NCBI GenBank assembly: GCA_000708835.1
Contig: DF237169.1
Coordinates: forward strand, 73,390-137,389
DNA from: Klebsormidium nitens
Lineage: Eukaryota; Plantae; Klebsormidiophyceae
Reading direction: 5' to 3'
Length of the DNA: 64,000 nucleotides
The notes under the pieces were generated by a model. The model searched no databases. It was not told the origin of the DNA and worked only from the letters and a program-made list of their open reading frames with translations. Shown here piece by piece: positions 61,570 through 64,000 of the stretch (position 1 is its first letter; each line of letters begins with the position of its first letter). The translations under genes were made by a program, and so were the position numbers.

Positions 61570-62730
61570 TTGGGTGTCCATTGAAGACTACTTTAGGTTG
61601 GACCATGCTCTGAAAGGAGCGACGTTTGTACAGTTGGACAGCGTCGTTGTAGCGATCGAGTTTTGTAATTTGCGACAAGGCTCAAGCTTTCGTACGATTG
61701 CTTTTGACGTTGCCAGTATACCGCACAGTGAGTTTGAGTACTTTGTTGAGCAAGCCTTACACTGTACACATGCAGAGGACTTGCACTACGCATCTCCTAA
61801 TAGTGAGAGCATGTTTTGAAAGCGTCTGAGGCGGCCGCCTTACAGCAAGCCATTCGAGCTCCCATGCATAGTCCATATGCAAGACCTTGTGCATCCGTTG
61901 CAGCTAGGGCTTCGATTTCAACATGCATGCTTTTCTCACTCGTCGTCTCGTATACAGAAGGAAGCGGTGCACATGTCCGTTCTCAAGCGGTCAATCACAA
62001 GCAACAGCTTCCGGGCCGGGACATGGTCCTGTCGTACGGGAATACGCGGTCGGCTTTCTAATGCAGAGGCGAATCAGAGTCGCGGTCGAGCGAGCCTCGG
62101 AATTCTCTTGAAGTGCTTGTGCATGTCGGCGCCCTGCGGGAATATTTTAAAGGCAGCGCCTATTCATGGGAGCTGAGAGTGTGCTGTGCTTGAATTGGAC
62201 GCTAATTACCTCGGAAAACTTATTCAGGTAGCGGATCGCGCCATACAGCATGTCCATATTGAGCTCTGTATAATCAGGCACCTGACCAGCAGATTCCGGA
62301 CAGTCGGTTGGTCGCCGGGCCAACATTCCTTGTTGTTTCTTTCCACCCACAGCATGTGCAAGCTGCGGGCCTCTTCTAGCTGCAGTACGAGTATGAACCT
62401 AAGGCAAAAGGCCGCCGTCATATGGAAGTCGTCGTGCGTTGACCAGGCTGATACCTTTACTTTCTGTTCCGACTAGAGCTGTATACAACGACGTCTTTCA
62501 TCTGGAACGGCGGCGGCTTCGCATCAGATTAGACAGCTTGATGAGGGTTCGATTGGGCTAGCTGGTAATCTGGATCATGAGTCCATGCATCAGAAGATTG
62601 CTACATACAAGAAGAGCTTTGGACATGTGACATTCATCGGCCACCAAAATACGTTCTACAAACCGATTAAATTGGTAGCCACCGGACCTTCTGCCTAAAG
62701 ATTAGCTTTAACGAGTCGGACAGCTTTGCG
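61570..62730 (+). pseudogene. Decayed SF1 (Upf1/DNA2/ZNFX1-like) helicase C-terminal region, right copy
   Basis: YFRL..ALKGATFVQLD, DVASIPHSEFEY, LVVSY, ITSNSFR(G)RDMVLS, GFLMQRRIRVAVERA, VLVHVGALREYFKGSAYSWEL. Distal remnant TFIGHQNTFYKPIKLVAT..A* (stop 62696-62698). Stops and frameshifts. Confidence 0.5.
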
Positions 62731-63795
62731 CCACTCTATTCAAACTTATCTGTTCCATCCCCTTAATGTAAATCTACTCATGAATCTTCATTCTTTGTCG
62801 AACCCTGGCAGGCTACACAGACGTGTTTCCGGTTCGTCTACCTGCAACAATGTATCCCGAGAGCGTGCGATCAAACGTCCGTACACTCAAACGGTCCAGG
62901 CAGCAGATACTTTACAAGAGTTAGAATCAGACTTTCAGACGACACGAGCCGCCAACGAAGTACCTTCCGTTCTGCAGAGAGAAAACGGGAAGTGCAAGAG
63001 AAGTATTTAAGATGGGCAGAGGGGAATTCCGTTCGTCTCTCATTCCCTTGCAAAAGGCTGCTCTCCAGTTGCTTCGAACGATATCTCTGCTGAAGCAAGT
63101 AAAGAAGCTGACGCAGCTCCGAAGTTGCATCAAAAACAAAACAATACCAACATGTTTAAAATTAAAAGCATTCATCCCAGCTCTCATCTTGGTAATCTGG
63201 TGAAAGATCTGCGTGGGACAAGTTGTCACTGCACTGCTTCTTGTGGCCCGCCCAGTGGAACCTCTGGTGTTCCTTGCTGTCAAGAAGGGAGTGAGAGTGT
63301 ATCAACAAAAGTTCCAAACGAGCCGTTTTTAATCAAGTTCCTAGCAGAACGTCACGTAGACTTTGCACGCCCAACGCTGTTCAGTGCTCTCATTGATCAA
63401 CCCAGGATATTGGCGTAAACATGAAACCTGCATCGAGGACTTAAGAAGACTGAATTGAAAACGGATCTGGGTCGACTGAAGACATTCGTTGCTGACCACT
63501 CGAGGAGGCTCTCTTTTCGCACAGGAGGAACTTCGTAGATTAGGTTCGGAAGCCCAGTTGATTTTGTTGGAAACGCAGAAAGTGCGCATCATATCGGAGT
63601 AGTGCTTCCCAGCTTTTTTAACAACTGCCAATCGTTCTAGATGTGCAAGGTTGACTGAGAGATCTCATTAAGCCACAATATCTGGCCGGTTCGCGGCTCG
63701 TTTCGGCCAATGGCAACGACCCAGCGCAACGACTGTCGAGAGCACAATGCGTATTGTCACTGAAGGGAATCCAATCGAAGCGAACGCCTTTTCAG

Positions 63796-64000
63796 CAGTG
63801 CGGAGTCAGCTATGACGAGGTTTTTCTCATCGACCTCACGTGGGTGGGCGTCGACTTCACGGCTGCCGACAACACCGCCCGCCACGCTGACGTCAACCCC
63901 GGCCGCGGTGAGGTCATCCTGTGCGCGGGTACGGTGGGCACCCCCCAGCTGCTCGTCCTGAGCGGGACCGGCCCCGCGGGGGCGCTGGAAAAGCTGGGCC
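63796..64000 (+). CDS. GMC oxidoreductase family exon or fragment, running off the right edge
   Basis: VGVDF...GEVILCAGTVGTPQLLVLSGTGPAGALEKLG matches the GMC motif EVILSAGAIGSPQLLMLSGIGP. Acceptor ttttcag at 63795. No upstream GMC exons were found. Confidence 0.75.

Noticed and set aside
49300-62400. PIF/Harbinger transposase as the identity of the duplicated relic (GSSFRTIA, SVLSQVVNHK, RVAVERA)
   Set aside because: The spacing between QVVNH and VERA is ~20 aa rather than ~80-90, and no DGTH or HD catalytic motifs are present. The GFL...RI.VA..RA plus LVHVG..W pattern fits Upf1-like helicases better. Not fully excluded without an HMM search.

Overview
Intron-rich eukaryotic DNA. Plant-type GBA2, HCF164 and U1 snRNA, together with the intron style, suggest a streptophyte alga, possibly Klebsormidium-like (inference). 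Left to right: a possible gene start running off the left edge; a ~15 kb non-lysosomal glucosylceramidase gene (GBA2/GH116, minus) whose introns carry a complete U1 snRNA gene, a 6 x ~117 bp array and a triplicated exon/donor junction; a divergent type-I membrane protein with three pentraxin/LamG-like domains; a presequence-bearing single-domain rhodanese with a His-rich tract; a ~1,725 aa low-complexity protein with SAP-like, AT-hook and probable C-terminal winged-helix motifs; HCF164; a MYND-finger protein; two divergent orphan genes that share a last exon and lie in an old inverted duplication, each followed by a decayed Upf1/DNA2-like (SF1) helicase fragment; a 194 bp MITE-like element; and a GMC oxidoreductase exon at the right edge. 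Further decayed SF1-helicase-like fragments appear scattered through introns and intergenic DNA. All exon structures and family calls were read by eye, with no database searches.
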